Of a stretch of 64,000 nt of DNA, positions 38,535-47,673 are shown one piece after another. Made by a program: the position numbers and the translations under genes. Each line of letters starts with the position of its first letter. Within the stretch, counting starts at the first letter, position 1. This DNA comes from an uncultured Eubacteriales bacterium (GTDB lineage Bacteria; Bacillota; Clostridia; TANB77; UBA1234). The stretch lies in assembly GCA_964400015.1 (NCBI GenBank), contig CAYNRR010000001.1, forward strand, positions 45,904 through 109,903, read 5' to 3'. A model generated the notes under the pieces. That model was not told the DNA's origin, made no database searches, and saw only the letters and a list, made by a program, of their open reading frames with translations.

Positions 38535-39611
38535 CTATAAAATTTTTCCACCACCTAGCAAAATATCGCCGTCGTAAAAAACTGCAGATTGCCCTGGTGT
38601 TACTGATTTTTGTGGTTCGTCAAATATTACTTTGATTTTTTTATTTTCAAGCATATATATTCTACCTTTTGCAGGAGTTGCTGCATAACGAATTTTTATT
38701 TCGCATTCTATTCCTTCTTGCGAAGTTAATTTTGAATCATCTTCGTCAATTAAAATCAAATTGTAATCTCCAACTTCAAATTCCTTAGAATACAATTCGG
38801 CTTCTTCTCCTACAATAAGTTCATTTTTATTAACATCAAAACCAATAACAAACAAAGGAACGGGGTTTGATATTCCTAAGCCTTTTCGTTGCCCTATCGT
38901 ATGATTATACAAACCTTTATGATGTCCTAATACCTTTCCTTCTTTATTTACAATATTTCCTTCATTTCTTCGGATATCCGAATTTTCTTCGAGAAATTTC
39001 TTATAATCTCCATCAGGAATAAAACAAATATCTTCGCTATCTGGTTTCTTAGCTATATGTAATCCATATTTTTCGGCCATTTCCCTTATCTCATTCTTAT
39101 TAGAAAACTCGCCTAAAGGGAATAATACCTTTTCAAGCATATTTCGTGGCAAATTATATAAGACATATGATTGATCTTTCTTGCCAGCATTAGATTTTTT
39201 TAGTACAACAGAATTATATTTTTCATCAAATTCAGTTTTTGCATAATGTCCTGTAGCAATATAATTACAATTAAGCTCTTGTGCTTTATCATACATAAGG
39301 CCAAATTTCATAAACTTATTACATTCAATACAAGGGTTTGGAGTTCTACAATTCTTATAGTCGCAAATAAACTTATCTATAACATATTTCTTAAATTCAT
39401 CTTTATATGAAACTACATGATGCTCTATTCCTAAGAAATCGCAAACCTTTTTAGCATCTTCAAAAGCTGTTGTCGATGGATTACTTGTAGGATTACAATA
39501 TAAATCAAGTGTAACTCCAACAACTTCGTACCCTTGCTCTTTCAAGATTATTGCTGCCACAGCACTATCGACACCACCACTCATTCCAAGCAAAACTCTT
39601 TTATTTTCCAT
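38535..39611 (-). CDS. mnmA: tRNA 2-thiouridine(34) synthase MnmA
   Basis: PP-loop LLGMSGGVDSAVAA. 358 aa. Conserved CNPCIECNKFMKFG region. Confidence 0.92.
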   Translation of the reverse strand: MENKRVLLGMSGGVDSAVAAIILKEQGYEVVGVTLDLYCNPTSNPSTTAFEDAKKVCDFLGIEHHVVSYKDEFKKYVIDKFICDYKNCRTPNPCIECNKFMKFGLMYDKAQELNCNYIATGHYAKTEFDEKYNSVVLKKSNAGKKDQSYVLYNLPRNMLEKVLFPLGEFSNKNEIREMAEKYGLHIAKKPDSEDICFIPDGDYKKFLEENSDIRRNEGNIVNKEGKVLGHHKGLYNHTIGQRKGLGISNPVPLFVIGFDVNKNELIVGEEAELYSKEFEVGDYNLILIDEDDSKLTSQEGIECEIKIRYAATPAKGRIYMLENKKIKVIFDEPQKSVTPGQSAVFYDGDILLGGGKIL

Positions 39612-39614
39612 AAT

Positions 39615-41348
39615 TTATACTCCTGCTAATATCTTTTTCATTTCCTCTTGTCTTTTTATTTTTTTAGTTGTAGTCTTAATCAATTCTTCATCTGTCAAAA
39701 TCAAATCTTTTATATACTTATACGTTGGAAATGTCTTATTTACTTCCTTTATCATTTGCCAAACTTTTTCTTTTAGTTCTTCAAATGTTCCAGGATACTC
39801 TTTCTCTGCAATTTCTTTATTATACACTACTTTAACTGAAAGTTTCAAATCGCCATCTTCTTGAGGCATTCCAAATACAAAAGATTCTTCAACAATATCT
39901 AATCTATTTAAAATAACTTCAATCTCTTCAGGGAAAATCTTCTTACCATTTTTTAATACTATCATGTCTTTCTTACGGCCTGTTAATACTAATGTTCCAT
40001 CTTTATCAAAGAACCCTAAATCACCAGTATGGAACCAACCATCGCGTATTACTTCTGCTGTTTTTTCTGGAGCCTCGTAATAACCAAGCATTACGTTAGG
40101 TCCTTTTACTTTGATTTCACCAATTCCATTTTCATCTTTATCACAAATTTCCACTTCCACGTTAGGTAGTGATATTCCAACAGAACCAGGTTTTACAAGT
40201 TTATGATTTTCAGCTGCAATAACAGGAGCTGTTTCTGTTAAACCATATCCTTGTATAACTCTTATACCTATAGAATTAAAATATTCTGTGACTTCTTTAT
40301 CTAAAGCTGCACCACCTGCAATAATGTATCTTAATTCTCCTCCTAATGACTTATGGATATCTGCAAAAAGTTTTCTTCTGACATCAATCTTACATTTATA
40401 TAAAGCCTTAGAAACTTTTCTTGCTTTTTCTACAAGCTTTTCCTTGCCTTGCTTCTTTATTTCTTTTTTAATATTTTTGTAAATAGCCTCAACAAGTATT
40501 GGAACTCCTACAAATATAGATATTTTGTACTCTCTTAAATTTTGAGCTATATATCTAATTCCATCCGGGAATGTAGTTGTTATGCCAGCAGCCACCATTA
40601 CAACCAAGTAAGTAGAACCAAAAACATGGTGGAATGGTAAGAATGCAATAGTTACCAAATCGCTAAATAAAGGTTCTACAAGTTGCATGCCATAAACATT
40701 TGAAGCTATATTTCTTTGAGAAAGCATAACAGCTTTTGATTGTGCACTTGTTCCAGATGTAAATAATAAAATATTCATTGCATCTGGATCTACTGTATGA
40801 TTTATGAAATCTTTTTTTCCTTTTTTAATAAGTGTGTTTCCTTCTGAAATATATGTGCCAATATCAGTGTAACCATCCATTTTATCCATACATATAAATT
40901 CTTTTACATTTGAATTACCATTTGTTTTTAAAAATTCAATTAGCTCTACACATTTTGGATCAAATACTATTGCATCAACTTTTGCTCTGCAAACAGATTG
41001 TTCAAATTCATGTTCTTTCAAATCTTTATCTAAAGGAACAGATACAATTCCACCAAACAAATTTGATAAATGTGTAATAGCCCATTCGTATCTATTTTTG
41101 CCAATTATAGCAATTCTTTTGCCTTTGTATCCAGCATTATATAAGGCTGTTCCCAAAGCATATATATCTTTTAACATTTGAGTATACGTAATATTAGTAT
41201 ATCTTTTGCTTTCATCTTTTTCATTTTTGTTTTTTATTATAAATGCTATTTTTTCAGGGAATTTTTTCACTGCATCAATTACTAAATCTTTAACATTAGT
41301 AAATTCCTTAGCTTTGAAATAAGTTTTTTTATTCATAGATTCCTCCAC
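39615..41348 (-). CDS. AMP-dependent synthetase / long-chain acyl-CoA ligase
   Basis: AMP-binding motif LLFTSGTSAQSKAVMLSQRN, plus GYGLTETAP and WFHTGDLG ... GRKKDMI. Confidence 0.88.
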   Translation of the reverse strand: MEESMNKKTYFKAKEFTNVKDLVIDAVKKFPEKIAFIIKNKNEKDESKRYTNITYTQMLKDIYALGTALYNAGYKGKRIAIIGKNRYEWAITHLSNLFGGIVSVPLDKDLKEHEFEQSVCRAKVDAIVFDPKCVELIEFLKTNGNSNVKEFICMDKMDGYTDIGTYISEGNTLIKKGKKDFINHTVDPDAMNILLFTSGTSAQSKAVMLSQRNIASNVYGMQLVEPLFSDLVTIAFLPFHHVFGSTYLVVMVAAGITTTFPDGIRYIAQNLREYKISIFVGVPILVEAIYKNIKKEIKKQGKEKLVEKARKVSKALYKCKIDVRRKLFADIHKSLGGELRYIIAGGAALDKEVTEYFNSIGIRVIQGYGLTETAPVIAAENHKLVKPGSVGISLPNVEVEICDKDENGIGEIKVKGPNVMLGYYEAPEKTAEVIRDGWFHTGDLGFFDKDGTLVLTGRKKDMIVLKNGKKIFPEEIEVILNRLDIVEESFVFGMPQEDGDLKLSVKVVYNKEIAEKEYPGTFEELKEKVWQMIKEVNKTFPTYKYIKDLILTDEELIKTTTKKIKRQEEMKKILAGV

Positions 41349-41453
41349 AATTCAAATTTAGCAATCTAGTATGTCGGACTAGATTGTGTGACCTATTTAA
41401 CTATATACCAAGTAGTGCTAAATGTCAATTATCCGACCAGTCGGTCAAAAAAC

Positions 41454-41503
41454 AAAATAAGTGTATTCACTAAATATTTCTATTCTTAGAATACACTTAT
41501 TTT
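41454..41503 (-). terminator. Terminator after the DUF1858-like gene
   Basis: 15-bp perfect stem aaaataagtgtattc / gaatacacttatttt, followed by a T-run on the minus strand. Confidence 0.7.
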
Positions 41504-41531
41504 ATTTAATTGTATGAACCTATATATAAAT

Positions 41532-41720
41532 TTATTCTACTGCATTAAGTTCAGCAAGAAGAGCTTCAACATCAATTCCGTGAACTGCACAAGCTTCTTC
41601 TAAAGATTCACCAGCTGCTGCTGGACAACCTAAACAGTGCATACCAGCTGCCATTAAAATTTCAGGATATTTTTCATTCATTTGAACAATTTCTCCAATT
41701 AGCATGTCCTTTGTTACCAT
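41532..41720 (-). CDS. DUF1858 / hybrid-cluster-associated redox disulfide protein
   Basis: GMHCLGCPAAAGESLEEACAVHGID motif. The start was moved to MVTKDML (ATG at 41720), 8 nt after AAAGGAG. Confidence 0.8.
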   Translation of the reverse strand: MVTKDMLIGEIVQMNEKYPEILMAAGMHCLGCPAAAGESLEEACAVHGIDVEALLAELNAVE

Positions 41721-41822
41721 AGCTTTTAGCTCCTTTCTGTCGAAAAGTGTCGACTTAAAATCAATAATTTTTTTCAAAAAAACTAGACAGAAAAAATTAT
41801 GATGATATAATTCGCAATAAAG

Positions 41823-42068
41823 GTGGTGATCATCTTGAGAGTTTCAAAATTTTACCTTTATTTAGTTTCTATCTTATTTTTTATTTCTATAGTTTTTTAT
41901 TTCTTACCAAATGATAAACTTTTTTCAATGTTTTTTTATTCATTTCTTTTTCATTTTTTAGTTACATTTTATATTATATGTACTTTCTTAGAAATAAATA
42001 TACTTCATGAAAAACAAGGTTCTAAGCTAGATTTAAGTAAATCAAAACTTTCATCTGATAGGAGTTGA
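41823..42068 (+). CDS. Small hydrophobic membrane protein (about 77-81 aa, start uncertain: GTG at 41823 or TTG at 41835)
   Basis: Two to three TM segments. RBS-like AAAGGTGGTGA. Its stop overlaps the next gene. Confidence 0.45.
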   Translation: MVIILRVSKFYLYLVSILFFISIVFYFLPNDKLFSMFFYSFLFHFLVTFYIICTFLEINILHEKQGSKLDLSKSKLSSDRS

Positions 42069-43777
42069 TTTATATTTCAAAACCAAAGTTATTATACACT
42101 AACGTCATTCATATTTCAATAAGTGTAATTCTCATAATGTTTTTTAACTATTTTTTATTTCTCCCATTACTACAATTTAATTCTTTTACTTATGAATTGT
42201 TTGACAAAACTTATACTATTAAGCCGTGGCTTTGGCATAATATCAAAATCTGTTATTTTATTTTTCTTGCTTTTTCTTGGTTCGTATTACTATGGAATTA
42301 TTTTAAGCATTCTCCAATACAAAGTTCGATTAAAACGCCCCCAAAAACTTTAATTGACGAATTTCCCCAATCCAATGAAATTTCCCTCTTTATTGGCAAT
42401 AGTGAGAGTGACAATTCTTCCGTAATAATTAACGAAAAAGGATTATACCAAAACATTCTAGTAACTGGCACAATTGGTACTGGTAAAACATCATCTGCAA
42501 TGTATCCATTTGTAGAGCAACTTATATCTCAGAACATTGGAATGCTTGTACTAGATGTAAAGGGGAACTTCCATTTAAAAATAAAAGAAATAGCTAAAAG
42601 ATATAATCGCAAAGTTACCGTAATAGAATTAAACGGCTTTGAAACATACAATCCACTTGACAAGCCTAATTTAAAACCATCTATAATTGCTAATCGTCTT
42701 AGGACTATTCTTTCCCTATTTTCAAATGAACATACATCAGACACATATTGGCTAGATAAAGTAGAACTTTTTCTAACAGAATGTATTAAATTGTGTCGTA
42801 TTTACAATGATGGCTATGTTACTTTTACTGAACTTCACAAACTAATTTATAATCAGAAATATCTTGCAGAAAAAATTGAATTTACCAAAAACCTATTTTT
42901 ATCAAATTCTTTAAATTATGAGCAAGTTTATGATCTAAGTACTTGTATCGATTTTTTTCAAACAGAATTTCAATCGCTAGATTCAAAAGTTTTATCTATT
43001 ATCCAATCTGAAATTTCCCGTATAACACAGATTTTTATTAACGATTTAGAAGTAAAAAGAACATTTTGTCCAGAACGTAAAGACGTAACTTTTAAAGGAT
43101 TCGAAAATCTAGGAAACAATATCGTTGTCCTTAATATGAACATTTCTGAATATCGAAATCTTTCTAAAATCATTGCAGCTTACCTAAAGCTTGACTTTCA
43201 AAGTGATACTCTAATGCGTTTAGCAAACCAAAAATACATCCAACCAGTTGCTTTTGTGTGCGATGAATATTCTGAATACGCAACGGACAACGATGCTAAT
43301 TTCTTTTCGGAAAGTAGAGAGGCCAAATGTATAAATATCGTATCTACTCAAAGTTATACGTCACTTTTAAATGCTGTTAAAGAACAGACAGCTGCTAAAG
43401 TAATTATACAAAGCCTTGTGAATAAAATTTGGTTTCGTTCCGATGATATTTTCACTATTGAAGAAGCCCAAAAGCAACTAGGAAAGGAGGACAAAGTTAA
43501 ACTTTCCAGAAGTTTATCAGAAAATGCGAAAGAAACAAAATACAATTACTTTTTAAAAACATTTCGCTCCGAAAATTCAAATATTTCTGAAAGTATTAGC
43601 ACACATATCGAGCATGATTTTTTATACGACATCAACTCATTTTCTCTAAACTTAAAAACATTTGAAGCGATTTGTTTTATTTCAAATGGCACTGAAATAT
43701 TAAAGCCTTGCAAAGTTAAGCTTATCCCACATCATCTTAACAACACTCAAAATGTACAAAGACATAGATTTATATAA
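42065..43777 (+). CDS. Membrane-anchored P-loop ATPase, VirD4/TraD-like T4SS coupling-protein architecture
   Basis: Two N-terminal TM helices. Walker A GTIGTGKTS. Walker B-like VAFVCDEYSEY. The start codon (TTG at 42065) is uncertain. Confidence 0.6.
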   Translation: MIYISKPKLLYTNVIHISISVILIMFFNYFLFLPLLQFNSFTYELFDKTYTIKPWLWHNIKICYFIFLAFSWFVLLWNYFKHSPIQSSIKTPPKTLIDEFPQSNEISLFIGNSESDNSSVIINEKGLYQNILVTGTIGTGKTSSAMYPFVEQLISQNIGMLVLDVKGNFHLKIKEIAKRYNRKVTVIELNGFETYNPLDKPNLKPSIIANRLRTILSLFSNEHTSDTYWLDKVELFLTECIKLCRIYNDGYVTFTELHKLIYNQKYLAEKIEFTKNLFLSNSLNYEQVYDLSTCIDFFQTEFQSLDSKVLSIIQSEISRITQIFINDLEVKRTFCPERKDVTFKGFENLGNNIVVLNMNISEYRNLSKIIAAYLKLDFQSDTLMRLANQKYIQPVAFVCDEYSEYATDNDANFFSESREAKCINIVSTQSYTSLLNAVKEQTAAKVIIQSLVNKIWFRSDDIFTIEEAQKQLGKEDKVKLSRSLSENAKETKYNYFLKTFRSENSNISESISTHIEHDFLYDINSFSLNLKTFEAICFISNGTEILKPCKVKLIPHHLNNTQNVQRHRFI

Positions 43778-43791
43778 TTTAAGGAGGTCTT

Positions 43792-44118
43792 ATGAATAAA
43801 AAAATTACAACCATATTCTTAACAATATCTTTTATATTTGCTTTTTATACAATTTCATACGCAGGAATTTTCTCTGGTGAAGATTTAGCAACCAAGATAA
43901 CACGTGGACTTACAGAAATTCAAAGTTGGATTGTTAAAATAGCAACACCAGCTGCAGCAGTAGCCATTGGCAGTGGATTACTAATGAAAAAATTTAGTTT
44001 TGGCGACGAAGAAAAAATCACTACTGGTAAACGTTTAATACGTAGCACACTATTTTCATATGCTTTTATCTTGCTAATAGACCCTGTAATATCTGCAATA
44101 CAAGCTCTATTCGGATAA
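43792..44118 (+). CDS. Small secreted/membrane protein with VirB2/TrbC-pilin-like (or Maff2-like) topology
   Basis: Signal peptide ending SYAG, followed by two hydrophobic helices. RBS AAGGAGG. Sits directly after the ATPase. Confidence 0.5.
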   Translation: MNKKITTIFLTISFIFAFYTISYAGIFSGEDLATKITRGLTEIQSWIVKIATPAAAVAIGSGLLMKKFSFGDEEKITTGKRLIRSTLFSYAFILLIDPVISAIQALFG

Positions 44119-44144
44119 TATTCTTTGAAAGGTACCTATTTCGT

Positions 44145-45041
44145 ATGGAAGAAAATGTTTTAACTACTTCTGAAATAATTTCTATAGTCTTAGAAGTTAT
44201 AAACCATATTGGTTCTAATTTAATCACATCGATAGATGAAAATATATTTCCTCTACTAGATAAACTTGTATTTATAGATACTAGTATTTTTTCAACTGGA
44301 GATAAATTTAATAAATTACTTACAGGTTCCCCTACTCATGGAGTGTTGATACTCGCTAACTGTTTATTTACAGCCTTTGTTCTATATTATGCAGGAAGAC
44401 TTGTAATTTCATATTTAACTTCATCACAAATCGAATCTCCTGCAAAATTTTTTATTCGTGCATTTTTATCTGGTGTTGCCATGAATTACTCGCTTTCTAT
44501 TTGCAAATTTCTGATTTATTCAACGTCGCTAATTAGTTCATTCTTTTGTGAACTTGGAGAAAATATATTTGGCAAAGAAATTTCGTTTGCAACGCTACTT
44601 GCCTCTCTTGATAATAATCTTTTAAACGGATTAGATATTCTATCTCTAAATGGTATTTTAAGCAGTATTCTATCAATTTCATCATTTGCTTTAATTATGA
44701 ATTTCGCCTTTAGATATATTCTTGTCGAAGTCTTAATCATATTATCTCCATTTGCCATCCTTTGCACTTCTAATAGTTCCACCGAAGGATTTTTTAAAAG
44801 TTGGTTTAAGTCTTTACTTTCATTGTTAATTCTTCAAGTAATTATTTCAATAATGCTTTTAATTCCTTTCACTTTAATAAAAGACGGAAATGATTTGCTT
44901 TTCAACAAAGTACTGTTGGTAGGCTCAATCATTGCATTATTAAAATCCAACCAATTTGTAAAAGAGTTTATAGGAGGTATCGGAATTGGAACAAACTTTC
45001 AAAGTGGCATTGCAGGAATACGTTCTTTATTTTCTAAATGA
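44145..45041 (+). CDS. Polytopic membrane protein, VirB6/TrbL-like by position and topology
   Basis: 298 aa with at least 6 hydrophobic segments. Located between the pilin-like and PrgI-like ORFs. Confidence 0.45.
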   Translation: MEENVLTTSEIISIVLEVINHIGSNLITSIDENIFPLLDKLVFIDTSIFSTGDKFNKLLTGSPTHGVLILANCLFTAFVLYYAGRLVISYLTSSQIESPAKFFIRAFLSGVAMNYSLSICKFLIYSTSLISSFFCELGENIFGKEISFATLLASLDNNLLNGLDILSLNGILSSILSISSFALIMNFAFRYILVEVLIILSPFAILCTSNSSTEGFFKSWFKSLLSLLILQVIISIMLLIPFTLIKDGNDLLFNKVLLVGSIIALLKSNQFVKEFIGGIGIGTNFQSGIAGIRSLFSK

Positions 45042-45055
45042 AATGAGGGGTGACA

Positions 45056-45343
45056 ATGAATTTTATTTTTCCATTTAATTATGACTATTCTTTAAAGTTC
45101 TTAGGAATTTTTAACTACAAAATTAGTTTTATATTTTGTGTCTTAGGTTTTATACTGTTTCTTGTACTTTCAAAATTACAAGTTTCTATTACAATCTCGC
45201 TCTATATATTTATACTAATATGGTTGCCTTGCTTTTTATTGGCAAATTCAACAATTCAAAAAGAACCACTTATATTTTTTATTATTTGCATATTAAAACA
45301 TTATCTCTTTTCAAAAATTTATATTGATACTAATGAAAAATAA
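45056..45343 (+). CDS. Small two-TM protein (PrgI/VirB3-like by size and position)
   Basis: 95 aa. The ATG at 45056 follows GAGGGG. Two hydrophobic helices. Confidence 0.45.
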   Translation: MNFIFPFNYDYSLKFLGIFNYKISFIFCVLGFILFLVLSKLQVSITISLYIFILIWLPCFLLANSTIQKEPLIFFIICILKHYLFSKIYIDTNEK

Positions 45344-45346
45344 TTT

Positions 45347-45511
45347 AAATAAGTGATGTGTAGTTAGGTGCAGAGAAATTTATATTTAAAAATTTTCCCC
45401 CATAATACAAATTATTTTTTTAAAATTACTTCTTCCCACAGTAATTCTCGCCAAGTTCTTGGCTTTTTATATCCCCCAAAGACTCTGCACCTAAGTGCAC
45501 ATCACAAATAA
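45347..45511. repeat. 153-bp element with 23-bp terminal inverted repeats and a 6-bp flanking direct repeat (MITE-like, or an invertible or structured element)
   Basis: The left IR is gtgatgtgtagttaggtgcagag (45353-45375) and the right IR is ctctgcacctaagtgcacatcac (45483-45505). 21 of 23 positions are complementary. AAATAA sits immediately outside both ends (45347-45352 and 45506-45511). Confidence 0.6.
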
Positions 45512-45622
45512 CCTAGAAGTACCTAATTATGTACATTTAAATGGAATTTAGTTACAAAAAAAAAGCATTGATTTTACCCCGAAAAAAAGTTAATATAAAT
45601 ACAAACAAATGGGGGGAGAAAA

Positions 45623-46603
45623 ATGAATTTTGAACAAAAATCATCAATGCTATTTTCTGATTTAAATGTACCAGAAGTATTTATAACAGAACATCTTGGA
45701 GCTGCAAATGGCGACTATGTAAAAATTTATTTATATTGTCTTTTTTTATGTAAATATAATAGTGAAATTTCTCCTCTAGACTTATCAAAAAAATTGTCGA
45801 TGCCTTTATCAACAGTAGAACAAGGTCTAAAGTATTGGGAAAAAAATAATCTTATGATGAAAAAGCAAAAAACATATATTTTATTAGATCTAAAACAACA
45901 AGAAATCGATAAAATATATAAACCAAGAATGACAACTTCATTAGAGGATGCAATGGCTAATACAGCCAAAAACGTAGCTAGAACTCAAGCTGTTAGTGCA
46001 ATAAACGCAATGTTTTTCCAAGGTGTTATGTCACCAACCTGGTATACTGACATAGATATGCTATTTACAAAATATAAATTTGATGAAGATGTAGTCATTG
46101 CTTTATTTCAATATTGTTTTGATAGACAAGCTTTGCACAGAAATTATTTGTTTGCTGTTGCAGATGGCTGGAATAAAAATCATATTACAAACATGAATGA
46201 ACTAGATGAGTATTATGCAAATTTTGAGGCACTTATGAATATAAAGAAAACTGTTTCTAAAAAATTAGGACTTTCTCGTAAGCTATCTCAATACGAAGAA
46301 GCATACGTTGACAAGTGGGTTATGGATTTCAATTATCCTCTTAATGTTATAGAAATCGCATTGAAGAAAACGACTTCTAAAACGAATCCTAGTTTCGATT
46401 ATATAGATAAAATAATTTCGGATTGGCATGAAAGAAACTTAAATACTGAAGAACAAATCACTACATTTATGAAAGAGCAAAAACAAAAGCAAAAAGCTTT
46501 TAAACAACAAACTATAATACCAACTTCAAATGTAGCTCAAAAATTTAATAATACAAATGAAATATCACAAATAAATGACTTTAGTCAATTTTATATAAAC
46601 TAA
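45623..46603 (+). CDS. DnaD/DnaB(Bsu)-domain replication initiation / helicase-loading protein
   Basis: 326 aa. The N-terminal winged-helix-like region (GDYVKIYLYCLF ... LS.LS) and two DnaB_2-type repeats (FD.DVV..ALQYC ... W....I). RBS is GGGGGGAG. Confidence 0.7.
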   Translation: MNFEQKSSMLFSDLNVPEVFITEHLGAANGDYVKIYLYCLFLCKYNSEISPLDLSKKLSMPLSTVEQGLKYWEKNNLMMKKQKTYILLDLKQQEIDKIYKPRMTTSLEDAMANTAKNVARTQAVSAINAMFFQGVMSPTWYTDIDMLFTKYKFDEDVVIALFQYCFDRQALHRNYLFAVADGWNKNHITNMNELDEYYANFEALMNIKKTVSKKLGLSRKLSQYEEAYVDKWVMDFNYPLNVIEIALKKTTSKTNPSFDYIDKIISDWHERNLNTEEQITTFMKEQKQKQKAFKQQTIIPTSNVAQKFNNTNEISQINDFSQFYIN

Positions 46604-46622
46604 TTTATAAAGGAGGAACTAT

Positions 46623-47627
46623 ATGTTTGCAGATGCAGTAAAAAGAATTGAAAGACAGTATGAAATCAAAAGAAATCAAGCAGATGCTTTATTTATGGCA
46701 GAAAAAAAAGCAATATATAACAGTACTCCTGAACTTTCTGAAATTGATAAATCAATAACAAAGCTTGGTATACAAACAGCTAAGCTTTCTTTAAAGCCTT
46801 CTACTCCTAAAAATCAGGAAGAAATGCTTCGTTTACAATCTGAAATACGTACATTGAAAAGCAAAAAAGACGATATACTTCAAAAAATGAATGTTACTCT
46901 TTTCCCTAAGTATTCTTGCCAAAAATGCAATGATACTGGCTATGTACTTACTGATGGCATAAGTGAAATGTGTTCTTGTATGCGACAAGAGCTATTAAAT
47001 GAGGCTTATAATAAATCAAATATGCATAATTTGAAAACGGAAACTTTTGCAAATTTAGATTTAAATTTGTTTTCTGATAAACCAAATTTTGAAAAATATA
47101 AATCCGAACTTTCACCAAGAAAAAATATTCAAAAGATTTTAAAAGTTTCTAACGATTTTATAGCAAATTTTTCGGATAGCAAGCAAAAAAATTTACTCTT
47201 TACAGGTTGCACTGGGATTGGTAAAACATACATTTCAAGTTGTATAGCTAACGAAGTTATTAAAAATGGTTACAACGTTTTGTATCAAACATCTCCATTA
47301 CTTTTAGACAACATTTTCTGTTATAAATACGGTAATAATAAATTTTCAAATCAAAATTCTATTAACGACTTGTATAGCAGTTTATTCAATGTGAATTTGC
47401 TTATTATTGATGACCTTGGTACTGAAAATCTTACTTCAGCAAAGTTTTCTGAAATCTTTACAATTTTAAATGCTCGACTTATAACGCCAAATACAAAGAC
47501 TATTATTTCAACTAATTTTTCTCTTGAAGAGCTTAGCAAAATGTATGATTCACGTATTCTTTCACGTCTTATCGGTCACTTCAATATTTGTAGGTTTTTT
47601 GGTGAAGATATTCGTATGAAACAATAA
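46623..47627 (+). CDS. DnaC/DnaI-family AAA+ helicase loader
   Basis: Walker A GCTGIGKTY, Walker B LLIIDDLGTE. The N-terminal Cys cluster is CQKCNDTGY ... CSC. RBS is AAGGAGG. Confidence 0.8.
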   Translation: MFADAVKRIERQYEIKRNQADALFMAEKKAIYNSTPELSEIDKSITKLGIQTAKLSLKPSTPKNQEEMLRLQSEIRTLKSKKDDILQKMNVTLFPKYSCQKCNDTGYVLTDGISEMCSCMRQELLNEAYNKSNMHNLKTETFANLDLNLFSDKPNFEKYKSELSPRKNIQKILKVSNDFIANFSDSKQKNLLFTGCTGIGKTYISSCIANEVIKNGYNVLYQTSPLLLDNIFCYKYGNNKFSNQNSINDLYSSLFNVNLLIIDDLGTENLTSAKFSEIFTILNARLITPNTKTIISTNFSLEELSKMYDSRILSRLIGHFNICRFFGEDIRMKQ

Positions 47628-47673
47628 AACCACCTCTACTATAAATGTAGAGATGGTTTTTATTTTTACATTT

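Noticed and set aside
41454-41503. 15-bp perfect inverted repeat as possible mobile-element termini
   Set aside because: It sits directly after the stop of the DUF1858-like gene and is followed by a T-run on that strand. It is an ordinary intrinsic terminator.
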